From: Podarcis liolepis
Taxonomy: Eukaryota
Assembly: GCA_965112155.1 (NCBI GenBank)
Contig: OZ218100.1
DNA: 64,000 bases
Reading direction: 5' to 3' (one strand)
The translations under genes were made by a program, and so were the position numbers. A model generated the notes under the pieces. The model was not told the origin of the DNA and searched no databases. It saw nothing but the letters and a program-made list of their open reading frames with translations. Within the stretch, counting starts at the first letter, position 1. Every line of letters begins with the position of its first letter. This document shows, in pieces, positions 39,801 to 51,499 of the stretch.

Positions 39801-42800
39801 GCCCCATGTTGCATAACTGTTAGAGATCTGGTCAATCAGTCCATATACTATGTTATTTTCAATATTTTCACCAGCAAATTCACATCTTTGAAATTCTTCA
39901 TGATTCATTCCTATTATAACAAAACTAGCTGTTCCTCAAGAAAAAGCAACATAAAGCAGGAAATTTAGGGTGGTATTTAACTACATTCTTGAAATAGCAA
40001 AATGAAACCCCCCCTCTTCTCCCCCATCATCCCCAAATCTGCTCTGGAGGGCTGGGGGAACTCCAGAACAGATTTCATGGGTCCACAGGGGAAGAACATA
40101 CCATTGCACAAGAAGAAATCCTTACACCAACATAATGTTCACATTAGTGCTACATTGAATACAACCCAAAATCTGTCCTTAATCATGCAGTCACATGCAG
40201 TTGATATTTGCTGAGCTTGAGTGATGGTGCCTTCCAATGAATAGATTTGGCAGACCCACTACTCAAACTAACGTATATGCATGTGGAAATGCTAGGAAAA
40301 CAGCTATACATATCAGTAACATTAGATAAGAGAATTAACTGTAGTTAAGCAATAAAGCACATATTTTGCAAGCTCAAGGTCCCATATTGAATCCCAGGCC
40401 TCTCAAGTTAAAAAGAGGAGTAGGTAACATGAAAGACCTCTGATTGAGCTCCTGTCAGTTAAACAAAACCATACTGGGCTAAATAGACAAAAAGTCTGAC
40501 CAAAATTAAGGCAGCTACCTATGCTCTCTTCCCAGATGCCTACTTCACCAGGGGGGAAACCCCAATGACTAACAACAGAAAACAAACCAACGTATAACAT
40601 CTCTAGACTTATAATATACTTAAATCATCCAGCTAGTGTTTTGCAGACACAGGCACATGCCTCTGGCTGCAATTGAAAATCTTCCCCTTCTAATACCAGC
40701 TTGATTCAAATATATGACTGAGCAATGTCATACGTGGATGCTTTTGTTTTGTTTTGCTGGATTCGGAGGTAAGTCTTGTGACTTGGCTACACCAAATAGC
40801 AGCTTTCTAGCTATCAAGTAAGAGCTATCATCGTTTTGAAGAGAAACTTAGAAATCTATTAGTAACCAGGGTGTCTTTAAATATATATTTCTAGAAGAAT
40901 ATCATTTGAATCAGTCAGGCAATCCCAATCAGCTTTAAATATAACTAATTTAAATGCAACTCATTTAATTACAAAATAAGAAAAGTGCTAACACACTAAA
41001 ATCTAACTAAGATTGGCTTCAGTGCACTGTTCCTTGTACATGTAACAGCTAGGCTGCAGTCTGGCCTCCAACTTGCCATTCCATCTTTCACTTTACAGGT
41101 GGTCCAGTGCACTGAAGCTGGGGTTATAATGTCTGTCTGTGCCCCCTGTACTTCCAAGTGACATAAGATTGCTCTTACCCATAGTGTATGCACAGAAAGG
41201 GTAACATCCAAGACTACAGTTCCAACTGTGTAATATATTTCTTTGTACAATCAAACTTCCCCTTCCTCTCTTCCCACTTTTAGCTCCCATGCCCCTCAAA
41301 TCTGCTTGATGGTTCAGAGACCTTTCAGAGAAGATCTGCAGAGGGCAACACGGTGGAGAGGAGAAATGGGAAGTCCCATTGAGCAAGTGGAAGTCCATTC
41401 ACATGACAATGGAGGTCACCCAGAGAGTTAATGGGACTATGGAGGGGGCACACTGGGGAATTTTATATGGCATTATTCATATACATCTCAAAATATCAAG
41501 TATGCAACTATGGAGAGGAGCATGCATTCCTTTTGCCCACTGGGGCTATGCAATGCTGTGTGTCTTTGGATTCCCAAACAACTAATGATTTTGAAGTTCA
41601 GCCCTGTACAGGTACCTAAGGACAACTAACTTCACACTCCCATGCCAATCTCTGCCCTTTGGGTACCATCCAAGGCCTACCCAGATATAAATGGACTGCC
41701 CAAGTTCCTTACACTGGAGCAGGAGACCCAACTTCTGGCTGTAAGTTGAAAAACAAACACTTACACCTATGCAAGGCTATTTAGTCAGCAATGCACTTAG
41801 TTCCACTACATATTGACATTAGGATGACTTAATTTGTCACTACAGAATTCCTACTGGAGTGTGACAGTAAGGATCAAGGAGTTATGTTGTATTTCTCTGT
41901 TATATTAAGTTGACATGTAGTGCAAACCAAAATTATTCAAGACCAGATGAAATCTCAGCAAGTTGTAACTGTATCAGATACACATGCACACAATTAGATG
42001 CAAGAGACTGGCCTATGCCAGAGGTACACAACTCAAATCACCCCGAGGGCCACTTTCTTATTAGGAAACCACTGTATTTCCCACAATTTTATGATTTTAT
42101 GCCAGCACTTTATTTAGTCATCTCTAACTAGGTTGCTCTGTACATCATAGCACACACTCATCTTTCCACCTGAACCTTCGTTTCTCAGTTAACCCTCTTT
42201 TTAGTATTTCCTCCCAACCTACAAGGGTCTCTGCAGCTCAATTTCTGTTACCCCCATCTTTTTACTCTGTATCCCTTAACACTATCTGCTCTCTCACCTC
42301 TATTATCCCCATCTTTTCCCATTTCTCTGTCCTACACATCTCTTTAATCTCCATCTCATTTCCTTCTCCTTTTCATCTGAATCCAGGGAAAACAGGAGTA
42401 ATTTAAGTAACATCTGCCAAAGCTTCTCTAAAACTATGCAACACTCATCAAAATCTACATATCCATTTCCTAGAATGCTGAATGTTATATAACCATAAGG
42501 GGAAAGCATGAAGTCTACTTGAACATAAAAGGGCTGAATTTCCCAATGGACTGACTTCACCATCACTTTCCTAGTGCCATGTGATGCTCACTTTGTATGG
42601 CAAATTCAAAGCATACCTTTGACATGATGAACTAAGGACACAATGTGCTGAATAAATGACTCTGATGTGCTTTTGCTGGCCTGTGGTAGCTTAATGTGGT
42701 CAAAGATGGATCGGAATTCTTGCTCCTTCTTGACTGAATGGACAAGTGTACTAGCAAGCAGCCTGTCTTTAGTCAAGGAAGCAGGTCTAAAGTGCATAAC

Positions 42801-45800
42801 ACAAAAAGAAGAATAAAAAATTATGAAAAGCAATTCCTTTATGGATAAGTGAAAACTGTTACAAATTCAGATCATTACCTGTTTGAATCATCAAGTGGTA
42901 CAGGTGCCATTTTAAGTTTAACTTCAGGTCGATGAGAATCACTGGCTATCATTTTGATCCTAAGTGGGCTCTCCTCCCTGAAAGTAGATTTCTCTCTTGC
43001 ATCCAAATTCTTGTGCAGGGGAGGACTATAATCAAAGAGTTCTTTGAGCTTCTCAGACTTTACCTGCTCAGGCGATTGGTTTTCTTTCTTCATCATTCTC
43101 TCTGATACTTTCTCATCTTCCTTGTGCTTATCTTTTAGTGCACTAGGCCTCTCCACTACATAGCTAGTTGTGTCTTTAAGCTTGTAACTTTTATCTTCTC
43201 TAAATCCTTCACTTTCTCTGTTTGCCTTTAGAGAGATTTTAGATTTATACTTTGAGCTTTCCTCCTCAGCATTCCGGTGAGATGCAGCAAAGCCCTTACC
43301 CTGATCTGCCAAAACAGACTTTCTGAACTGTCTATAATCTTCAGTCTCCTCTGTGTCCTCCCCTTCAGAGTCATTAAATTTTTGTTTTCCAGATTCTTTA
43401 TCCATATAATATTCCAAAGCTTCTTGGTCCTCCCACTCTCTCTCTCCCTCTGTCCTCCCTTTTTCTAGCCCTCTCTCCTTCTGACCATCTTTCTCCCTAG
43501 CATTACTCCTATCAAGCAGGTATACTCTAGACTCTTCATCTGTGTACCTGTGGATGGCAAAGAAGAGGAGAATAACTCCCAACTGCTTTCATTTCAGTTT
43601 GTAGCATTTATCTTTATGGCATCCCAACTCCACAAAATGAGTACCAAAGCAAACAAATTTAATTACACAATTATAACGTTTTTTATATATTGACTGATGA
43701 GATTTTTAAGTGGCTCTTCAGATTTTTTAACTATTTCTTGTGCCTACTTTATCTTGTAAGAAAACTGCTCTCTTTTACAAATCATTATTTTTCTTAAATA
43801 CATTTCAGCACAAATACAGTATCTGTATCCCATTTAATTCCAGAAGTTCAGAGCATATAACACTGTAAAAAAACAGCTTATAAAATGTCTTCTTACACTG
43901 CTTACATAGTAGAACATACTCACAATCTGGATACAATAAATTGCAAGGCATTTGCCAAAGCAGTTACTGAAGCAATACAATGCGATTTTTAGTCTCTCCT
44001 ATATATTAAAAGTACATCTAGCCCCCTAGTCTATTTCATTTGTAATCTTCTACGATATTTGTATGCCATTTATTATATATTACTAAGCAAATAGAAAAAT
44101 TTTCCTTTATAAAAAATGATATATTTCCGAAGATATATTCAGTAATTTGAGAAGTGAACAGAATTGTGCTATCTATCCTGCAGAGCTCAGATAAACAGAT
44201 TTCCAACTGGTTATTTCGTTTTTAAAAGACGCAACATTGCATAAATGGTTACTGCTATGCTCAGTTCTACAGATACATTATAAACAAAGGTGAGAACCTT
44301 GTCAGCTAGAAAGTTGCCAATGTCCAGTTTAAATTTAACAAATTATGTTTCTCTACTGAAGATAGATACAATCTTGCAATTTTGAAAAATCTGGGCCACC
44401 ACAATGGTATTTCCTTTACCAAGACAAAAGGATCTTTCAGTAGTAGTGCTTAACACTGCTAGAGCAACTCTTATTAAAGCTGTAAAAAATATGGGAAAAT
44501 CACTCTCTTAACAGAACTCTCAATACACATTAATCTGCAGTGTATTTATTCTTTAATTGCTTCCAATGAAGACACTGTAACATACTAATGAAAACGTATA
44601 TTTACAGCTCTGACTGAGAAACAATGAAAAGTTCATGTATACATTCCTAAGTCAGAACCTAAGTATAACCAGCATAAAATTAGAGAAAATTCAGGTACTT
44701 TTCATTGCACAATATAAATGTATAAAAAGTATGCTTACTGTACTATTTATGTTATCTTTATTTTTGTAGTTACGGTTCCTACCTTTTCAGAAATTTTGCA
44801 CCCTTTGTACTTTCTTGATCCCCAGCTTCAGGATAAAAAGAACGTATCCGAGATTCCTCACGTGGAGCATTCTGCGATGCAACTGCTTTAGCAGGACTTC
44901 TCCTTGAAGGAATGTGATGCAGTGGGCTATTCTGGGAAGGGCTATAGCGACTAGAGCCATTTCCAAGGGAGCCAGACCCAGACCTCTCAGGGCTATGCTG
45001 AATGGAATGCGAGTGCTGAGGTGTGTTTTTTGCTGAGTGGACTGTGCTGAGTAAGTGGGCATCAGAGCATGAGGAACTCTGACTAGGTGGGGAAGCAATA
45101 GAAGGACTATGGGGAGACCTTGGACTGTTATCATATGCTGAAAGGCCAGGCCAAATATCACCTGAAGCTGCTGCAGATTTACTGAAATCATCTAGTGCCT
45201 CAGAAGGATCATGTTCAAATGCACCCTTCTCCTCCTCTTGTGATTTATTTTTTAATGGACTGTCTTGTAAAGCAGCTCCCTCCGTTTTCTTTGCTTGCTT
45301 TTCTGATGACCCACGTCTTTTAGAAGATACAGGAGACTTGCTATATGGAGATGAAGACCGAGATGAAGAGGATCTTGGAGACCTGGAAGATCTGTAGGAT
45401 CGGCGAGATCTGCTCCGAGATCTCTGGGAAGAGACTGACCTTCTCTTTGGACTTCTAGAACGTGAGCGACCTCGTCTAGGGCTTCGAGAGTGTCTTCTAT
45501 TCCAAACAGGTCTGTAACCTCCACGGTGGTATCTACCTCCACCTCCTGGATAATATCCTCTACCTCTTCCTCTATAGCCATAGGGGCGTCTCATTCCTCT
45601 ATTATTTCTGTAATCTCTGCGGTAATCTCTATTATAAACACGATCTCTACTGCGAGATCGTGAGTACGTCCTAGACCGAGACCTAGAACTAAGATAAATA
45701 GAAATGTTAGTGCCCATAGTTTATGACTCTTCTAAAATAAGAGTTACCCATATTATGTACAGTGGCATGGCCCAGAGACACCCCTGCCCCCAAGTAACTC

Positions 45801-46374
45801 CATTAAGATCAGGAGGCACTCTGAACGGCAGCCTTTGAGGTTCAAAGTGCTCTGTCAATGGAATAAAATATAGAAGCTCTCCCTCAAAGAAATGTGCAGC
45901 TAGCTACTCTTTCTGTTTATATGATGGGAGCTGGAGGAGGCTGGGGAGAGTCAGGGTAAAGAATCAGAGAAACTATTTCCCTTGGTTTCTCTTGTTTATA
46001 GGCATTTCTTTCTTGACATTTCATCTGCTATAAGCATTAAGTCCTGTACATCCTCTGTACAACTACTCCACACTCAACAGTAGCCTACAAGCTTCAGTAG
46101 CCAAAGCAAAAACTGTCTTCTAAAATCAGTTGAATCTTCTCAAAACAGCACTTAAGCTATTAGGTGATTCTTAGCATGCATTTCAAATTTCTGCTGATAA
46201 TAAAGTCTGTCTTTCAAATGTTTTAAAAAAACTAAACCACGGAGAAAGTTGATAAATGGAAGAAATGTACCTGTATCTCTTTTTTCTAGAGTGTGATCTG
46301 GATCTTGACCTTGAACTCGACTGTGATCTGGATTTTGATCTTGAAGAATGTGATCTAGTGTTAGAGCGACCCAT
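27829..46374 (-). CDS. BCLAF1: BCL2-associated transcription factor 1, spliced CDS, 918 aa
   Basis: complement(join(27829..27834,27952..28158,30199..30345,33017..33197,34248..34423,35243..35327,37814..37919,42617..42786,42879..43547,44783..45688,46271..46374)) = 2757 nt; all introns GT-AG with consistent phases. RS-rich N-terminus [18 protein letters not shown], plus [89 protein letters not shown] and [12 protein letters not shown]. Confidence 0.98.
27952..28158 (-). CDS. BCLAF1: BCLAF1 exon 12
   Basis: 207 nt, phase 0-0; [19 protein letters not shown]...RRKEEK|GTAAGT. Confidence 0.96.
29803..29938. mobile_element. Palindromic hAT-type MITE
   Basis: CAGGCACCCCCAAACTCGGC ... GCCGAGTTTGGGGACGCCTA with inner ACTACAACTCCCATCAT / ATGATGGGAATTGTAGT arms; near-TSD GAGTAAGT / TTGTAAGT. 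Confidence 0.8.
30199..30345 (-). CDS. BCLAF1: BCLAF1 exon 11 (147-nt cassette exon)
   Basis: Phase 0-0; [49 protein letters not shown]. Confidence 0.95.
33017..33197 (-). CDS. BCLAF1: BCLAF1 exon 10
   Basis: 181 nt, phase 2-0; ends GVGRPRGTF|GTGAGT. Confidence 0.95.
33885..34158. other. Assembly gap (274 N) in BCLAF1 intron 9
   Basis: Run of N. Flanking exons 9 and 10 join in frame, so no constitutive exon appears to be missing. Confidence 0.99.
34248..34423 (-). CDS. BCLAF1: BCLAF1 exon 9
   Basis: 176 nt, phase 0-2; [31 protein letters not shown]. Confidence 0.95.
35243..35327 (-). CDS. BCLAF1: BCLAF1 exon 8
   Basis: 85 nt, phase 2-0; [28 protein letters not shown]. Confidence 0.95.
37814..37919 (-). 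CDS. BCLAF1: BCLAF1 exon 7
   Basis: 106 nt, phase 1-2; [34 protein letters not shown]. Confidence 0.95.
40350..40525 (+). mobile_element. Ancient tRNA-derived SINE fragment (related copies near 50880-51030 and, reversed, near 28310-28495)
   Basis: Shared degenerate motif CTGTCAGT...ATACTG(A/G)GCTA...TGAC...TAAGGCAGCT. Confidence 0.45.
42617..42786 (-). CDS. BCLAF1: BCLAF1 exon 6
   Basis: 170 nt, phase 2-1; [35 protein letters not shown]. Confidence 0.96.
42879..43547 (-). CDS. BCLAF1: BCLAF1 exon 5 (5a+5b)
   Basis: 669 nt, phase 2-2; CACAG| acceptor, AG|GTAATG donor. Confidence 0.97.
44783..45688 (-). CDS. BCLAF1: BCLAF1 exon 4 (RS and Ser/Pro-rich)
   Basis: 906 nt, phase 2-2, inside ORF 44779-45717. 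Confidence 0.97.
46271..46374 (-). CDS. BCLAF1: BCLAF1 exon 3, first coding exon
   Basis: ATG at 46374; acceptor TTTGGTAG| at 46396; donor AG|GTACAT; 104 coding nt. Confidence 0.96.
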
Positions 46375-47499
46375 TTTCCCCCCAGTAGCTTACACCTACC
46401 AAATAGAAAATAGTAAATTGAAACACATTACCTTAGTTTCAGGATAATCAATTCATATATGGATAGCGGTAAATTATTATTTTTTTTAAAAAAAGATCAA
46501 GAAGAAGCCATCCCACTCTTCCAAAAAAACTTTTCAAATTATCACTCATCTCCTCAAACATTCTGTTCCACATCATGGCAAAGATCAGTGGAAAGCACTA
46601 TAGGTAACAGGGAACAGAAATGTCAACTATTCTTTGAATATTCACACTGAATACATTTAATGCTTATGCATCTTTGTGTGTGTGCTGTTCCTTTCTTGAT
46701 TAAAAAACCCTTTCATTTATCCTTGTCTATACCGAACTAAAAATAGTCACTAACTACTCTACTGTTCTTTACCCCAAAAATCTACCTTTGATCCATAACT
46801 CAGAAAGTCACTCAAAACACCAATTCTTTTTGTACTAACATAGCTAGATCAAAACAGACTAGTAACATAGACTTCAATGAACAAAGTCATCACTGGTGTA
46901 TTCCCCATCACTGCAATACAGTATAAATATGACAGCCAAGGCAAGAGCTATCTCATTAATATATTTTAGTAGCTCATATTCAATGAAAAACAAAAACAAA
47001 ACAAAAAACCCAAAGACAAAATAGCTAGCTCAGAACAGACAGAAAAATATTATTTTCCTTTCTTTCCTAGCTTTCCTCCATACTTGAAAATTTGGCTGTT
47101 TTCATGTAACCTGCCTAATGCATTCAGTAATTCAACCAAGTCATTTTACTTTCCTTTTAAACAAAGGCAACACTTTAAGTCATTATTTGACAATAAAAGT
47201 CAAAACAGCCATCTTCATTCCAATTTACCAATCTATGCCGAGTTTGGGTTGAAGAAATGATAACTGAGATCTAATCTGAAATTGTTGAAATCTGGAATTT
47301 TAGAGATCTGAATATATTGGATTTTAAAAGTTATAAACCTCGAGAAATAAGGACCAAAAGGAACAAGTTTACAGCCACTTTAATAAATTAGTACCATTAT
47401 TTAAAACATTATTATTACTTATTATGAAAAACACACTGGATCACAGTAACACTGGACATACTGCTTCTTCACACAAGGGTTAGGCATCCACCAATAGTT

Positions 47500-48480
47500 T
47501 AATCCTTATGTTTAATTCACATGCAGGGGAACTCCCTAACTCACTGAGGGTTTGAGACCCATCGGCTACCTTCACCTGGTTTACCCAGCTAGTTGAAGCC
47601 ATTTCCAGGGTGTCTCATGCAGATAAATTTTAGGAGTCACAGGTGAGAACTGAGTTCAGGGTGGGGACCAAAGGTGGAGAAACTACCCCAGAAGGAGCAT
47701 GATGTGTCCCCCACCAGAGGTACTACCAGAGCTAAGGACTAAACCCTACACAAATATGAAGTGGAGTCCCTAAGGCAATTGGATGGCATCTTGCATGCCT
47801 CGTTCTGGCACCTCTAGCAACCAAAGGTAAAGGTACCCCTGCCCGTACGGGCCAGTCGTGACCGACTCTGGGGTTGCATGCTCATCTCGCTTAAGAGGTC
47901 AGGAGCCAGCGCTGTCCGAAGACACTTCCGGGTCACGTGGCCAGTGTGACGAAGCTGCTCTGGCGAGCCAGCACCAGCGCAGCGCACGGAACGCTGTTTA
48001 CCTTCCCGCTATAAAGCAGTACCTATTTATCTACTTGCACTTAGGGGTGCTTTCGAACTGCTAGGTGGGTAGGAGCTGGGACCAAACGATGGGAGCTCAA
48101 CCCGCCGCAGGGATTCGAACCGCCGACCATACGATTGGCAAGTCCTAGGCACTGAGGTTTTACCCACAGCGCCACCCACGTCCCGCAGCAACCAAGCTGG
48201 TGCCAAATGTATTGCTCTGCTTTCCTTTGGATCACATTAGTGTGGCTGAAGGGGGGGGGGTCTTGTCGTCTAGGCAGTTCAGGATCTCCACACACACTGT
48301 CCAGGTTTGCACCACCAGAGAGTTCACTTTGGTGCTCCTAACGCAGCAAAAACAATGTAGGTGGGAGAAGTTACAAAGTACCAATCTCTGTAGCCACAGC
48401 AGGTGCTGTGATTCTCCAGAGGTTTGAATTCACCCCTGGAGATGCACTCCATTGTCTCTTGAGACAGATGGATTCCAGCA
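47500..48480 (+). mobile_element. RTE-clade LINE 5' region, interrupted by the Sauria SINE
   Basis: CTACCTTCACCTGGTTTACCCAGC, GAGTCCCTAAGGC..TTGGATG and GTCCAGGTTTGCACC resemble squamate RTE 5' regions; the sequence resumes across the SINE TSD. Confidence 0.5.
47825..48184 (-). mobile_element. Sauria SINE, full length
   Basis: Minus strand starts GGGACGTGGGTGGCGCTGTGGGTAAAACC, has B box GGTTCGAATCC, and ends GGGGTACCTTTACCT; flanked by direct repeat AGCAACCAA (47816-47824 and 48187-48195). Confidence 0.92.
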
Positions 48481-48614
48481 AGCTGTCTCCATCCCCCCAA
48501 ATGAAACTATAAATGATATGGTTTAATAAAATAACAACAACAACAACAAATTATTTATACCCTGCACATCTGGCTGGGTTTCCTCAGCCACTCTGGGCGG
48601 CTTCCAACAAAATA

Positions 48615-48861
48615 CAGTGGTGCCCCGCAAGACGAATGCCTCGCAAGACGAAAAACTCGCTAGACGAAAGGGTTTTGCGGTTTTTGAGCTGCTTCGCAAG
48701 ACGAATTTCCCTATGGGCTTGCTTCGCAAGATGAAAATGTCTTGCGAGTTTGTTCGTTTTTTTCTTAAAGCCGCTTGAAGAGGCGCAGTTGCGACGGACC
48801 GTGCTTCGCAAGACGAAAAGACTCGCGGAACGAATTAATTTTGTCTTGCGAGGCACCACTG
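48615..48861. mobile_element. Tc1/mariner (pogo/Tigger-like) MITE, 247 bp
   Basis: TA|CAGTGGTGCCCCGCAAGACGAA ... TTTGTCTTGCGAGGCACCACTG|TA; internal repeats of CGCAAGACGAA. Confidence 0.9.
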
Positions 48862-48927
48862 TATTAAAAATATTTTTGAATGTTAATGGTCTTAAAAATA
48901 TTTAAAATAGCTAAGTATTTAGCTTAC

Positions 48928-48991
48928 CTTGCAATCCTGCTAGACAAGAAATGGATTTAAAATTATTGGTATGCACGCAAATGTTTAATTC
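48928..48991 (-). other. BCLAF1: BCLAF1 non-coding exon 2 (64 nt)
   Basis: TTTTGTTTTTTAAAAACAG| acceptor and strong AAG|GTAAGC donor, located between the promoter and the ATG exon. Confidence 0.7.
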
Positions 48992-51499
48992 CTGTTTTTA
49001 AAAAACAAAACAAAAGCAAATGTTATTTAACTGCATAGTTAATACAGGTTTTAAAAAATGCTTGAAGTATTTAAACAGAGAAGATCTGAAGCACAGTCTG
49101 ATGTGGTGGGCTATGTTGTTTCAAACTCAAAGTAACATTTACTCAGTGCAACACTGTCTCACAGCCTGCTGAGTTTAAGTTGATTGTTCAGAAATACAGT
49201 ACATGTTCACATTGACTTAATTTATTGGCCTTTCCAAAAATTGCTCAGTAAGAATATATAAGTATTGTCTCACAACGTTCTTGTATCTTACAGTAACCTA
49301 TCCTAGTGCCACCACCTATTGTGGTGCCACAAATTAATAAAGATGTTTGGGTTTGGGGCATAAAAGCCAGAGCTTAGTCGGAGCCCCTTACCTGCTTGGG
49401 AGCAACAGGAAACCTAAATCTAAGGCCCTATCCTGATGTGAAGGTGCCAATGCTCTTTGCCTCTGAATGCAGTGCCCAATCCACCTAAAATACTGAACAA
49501 TGGTATAAGGGACACACTCAGAAAACATTTTCTGCATGTAAGAGCTCTCAATGAATCACAAAAAATATATGCTCAACATATATGGTTGCTTATACCTCAA
49601 TACCTGCCTCTTTTCTGAATATGAATGTAATTTTCAGTATTCCAGAATAGTTAAAGAATTTATTTTATTTAGTGCATTTATATCCTGTCTTTCATCATAG
49701 AGCTCAAAGTGGTATATATGGGATTATCAGGTCGTCTCCCATCCAGGTGCTAACTAGTTACCAGACCTGTTTAACTTAAGCTTCAATGTGTGTTCTCAGA
49801 CCAAGCAATGTAAACCTACACATTTAGCAAGATAAAAATGAACTTTTTTATTTAAAAAAGCCAGATTAAAATTAATCACACATTTTTAATGTTATCTGGT
49901 AACAACCAACCCAAATGAACACATCTCACAATGCTTCCAGAACTGCAAGTCTATGACAAATCCATAATGGGAGAAAAATACTGCACATACTAATCTGCAC
50001 CACTTACTAGCCACTTTTAAAGTGATTTATACTTCTAACACGGGAAAGTACAACGGACTCTCTTAAAAAAATGTTCTGACTAGTAAGTAACAGTGCTGTT
50101 ACTTATTAACCCTACAGCAATAACTCCAAGATGTCATTTATATACCACCCTTCTGCTGGCCTAAGCGTTCTGTAGAACTGTGATGGTTCTGTCAGGAGCT
50201 GATGAAATCTGCTCCCTGGTCTAAACTTCTTCCTTCTGTCTTCCCTCAAGGTATAGTTCTTAAGAAGGTACTCAATAATTTTTCAGCTTGATTTTTTTTT
50301 TATTGTCTATGCAAATCTCATTAAAGAAAACATTAAAAAAGAAAAGCTATGAGCCACCCTCCAGCACACACTCCCAAGATACATAAATGAGAGCTAGTTT
50401 GGTACAGCAGTTAAGAGTGCTTAAAATAATAATAAGCATGACACACCCATTCATTAAGGAGCGTTCCTGCTGCATTTTGCATGATTTACTGATCCAGCTT
50501 GTTTTTTCTGATAAGCCTCTGCTGATGTTGGAATATTCTACCACCACTATCAAGTGTGACTTGACCATTCAATTACTTCTGGTGCAGACAGAGTAGACTG
50601 CCTGTTCCATCTCAGTGTGAGTCACTGAGCTAGGCTTACCAGCTTTCAGAACAGGAGAGCAAGTAATCCTGACATTTACACTCTGAAAGTAAAACCTTCT
50701 CAGGTATAAGTGACCTGTTCCTTGCCATCATAATTTGGAAAATGTTGCAGCCTAACAGTGAAGTCTTTTCTTTCCTGAGTGAAAGTACAGGTACAAGCCC
50801 TAATACAATTTGCCAGTACAATCTCCCTTAATGCTATTTGAAGATCTTAATACTTAGAGAAGGAAGTATACCATATCAAGAACCATAGCTAAATGGTAGA
50901 GCAACTGCTGATTGACATGCCCCGGGTACAGCAAGGAAAAGACTGAAACCACAGAGTGCAGCTGCCTGTCAGTGAAGACACTACTGAGCTAGAGAGACTA
51001 ATGAGCTGACTTGGGTGTAAGGCAGCTTCCCAAGTGCCAAATAATAATTATACCAAGTTCACTGTGAAGAATGAGGCAAAGAGTCATAATTAACAACTCT
51101 TTCCTTGCTTTGACTTCGGTAAGCTCAATCACAAGAAATGAATTGAAAGGGCTTGGATCACACTGTAAATTTTACCTCCAGGTGCTGCTCTCAGAGGACA
51201 CATTTGCATGAGCCTGGGGCAATATCCACACACTGCTGTAGTTGAAAGATACTGCAAATTACTGTGATAAGTCATTTTTTGTATCTGTTGGTAATGAAAT
51301 TCTTAAGGATACACCCCCTTTCTCCAATATAAGGCCTCCCGCGAAACACTCTTGAGCATCATTTGGAAGCAAATTTAATCGTGCGGACTTGCCCAGAGTC
51401 CTGGCACTGTGTGAAGAAGGCACGATCCACTGACTACTCTGCAAACCTTTTCGCCTTTCTCAACAAAAGATCTGGTGCTCAACTGGGAGCTGCAGCCAG

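Noticed and set aside
44787-45581. Alternative-frame ORFs (134 and 109 aa) inside BCLAF1 exon 4
   Set aside because: Shadow frames of low-complexity Ser/Arg coding sequence; no independent support.
48615-48861. Repeated CGCAAGACGAA units resembling a CRISPR-like array
   Set aside because: Irregular spacing, enclosed by TIRs and a TA TSD in eukaryotic DNA; these are internal MITE repeats.
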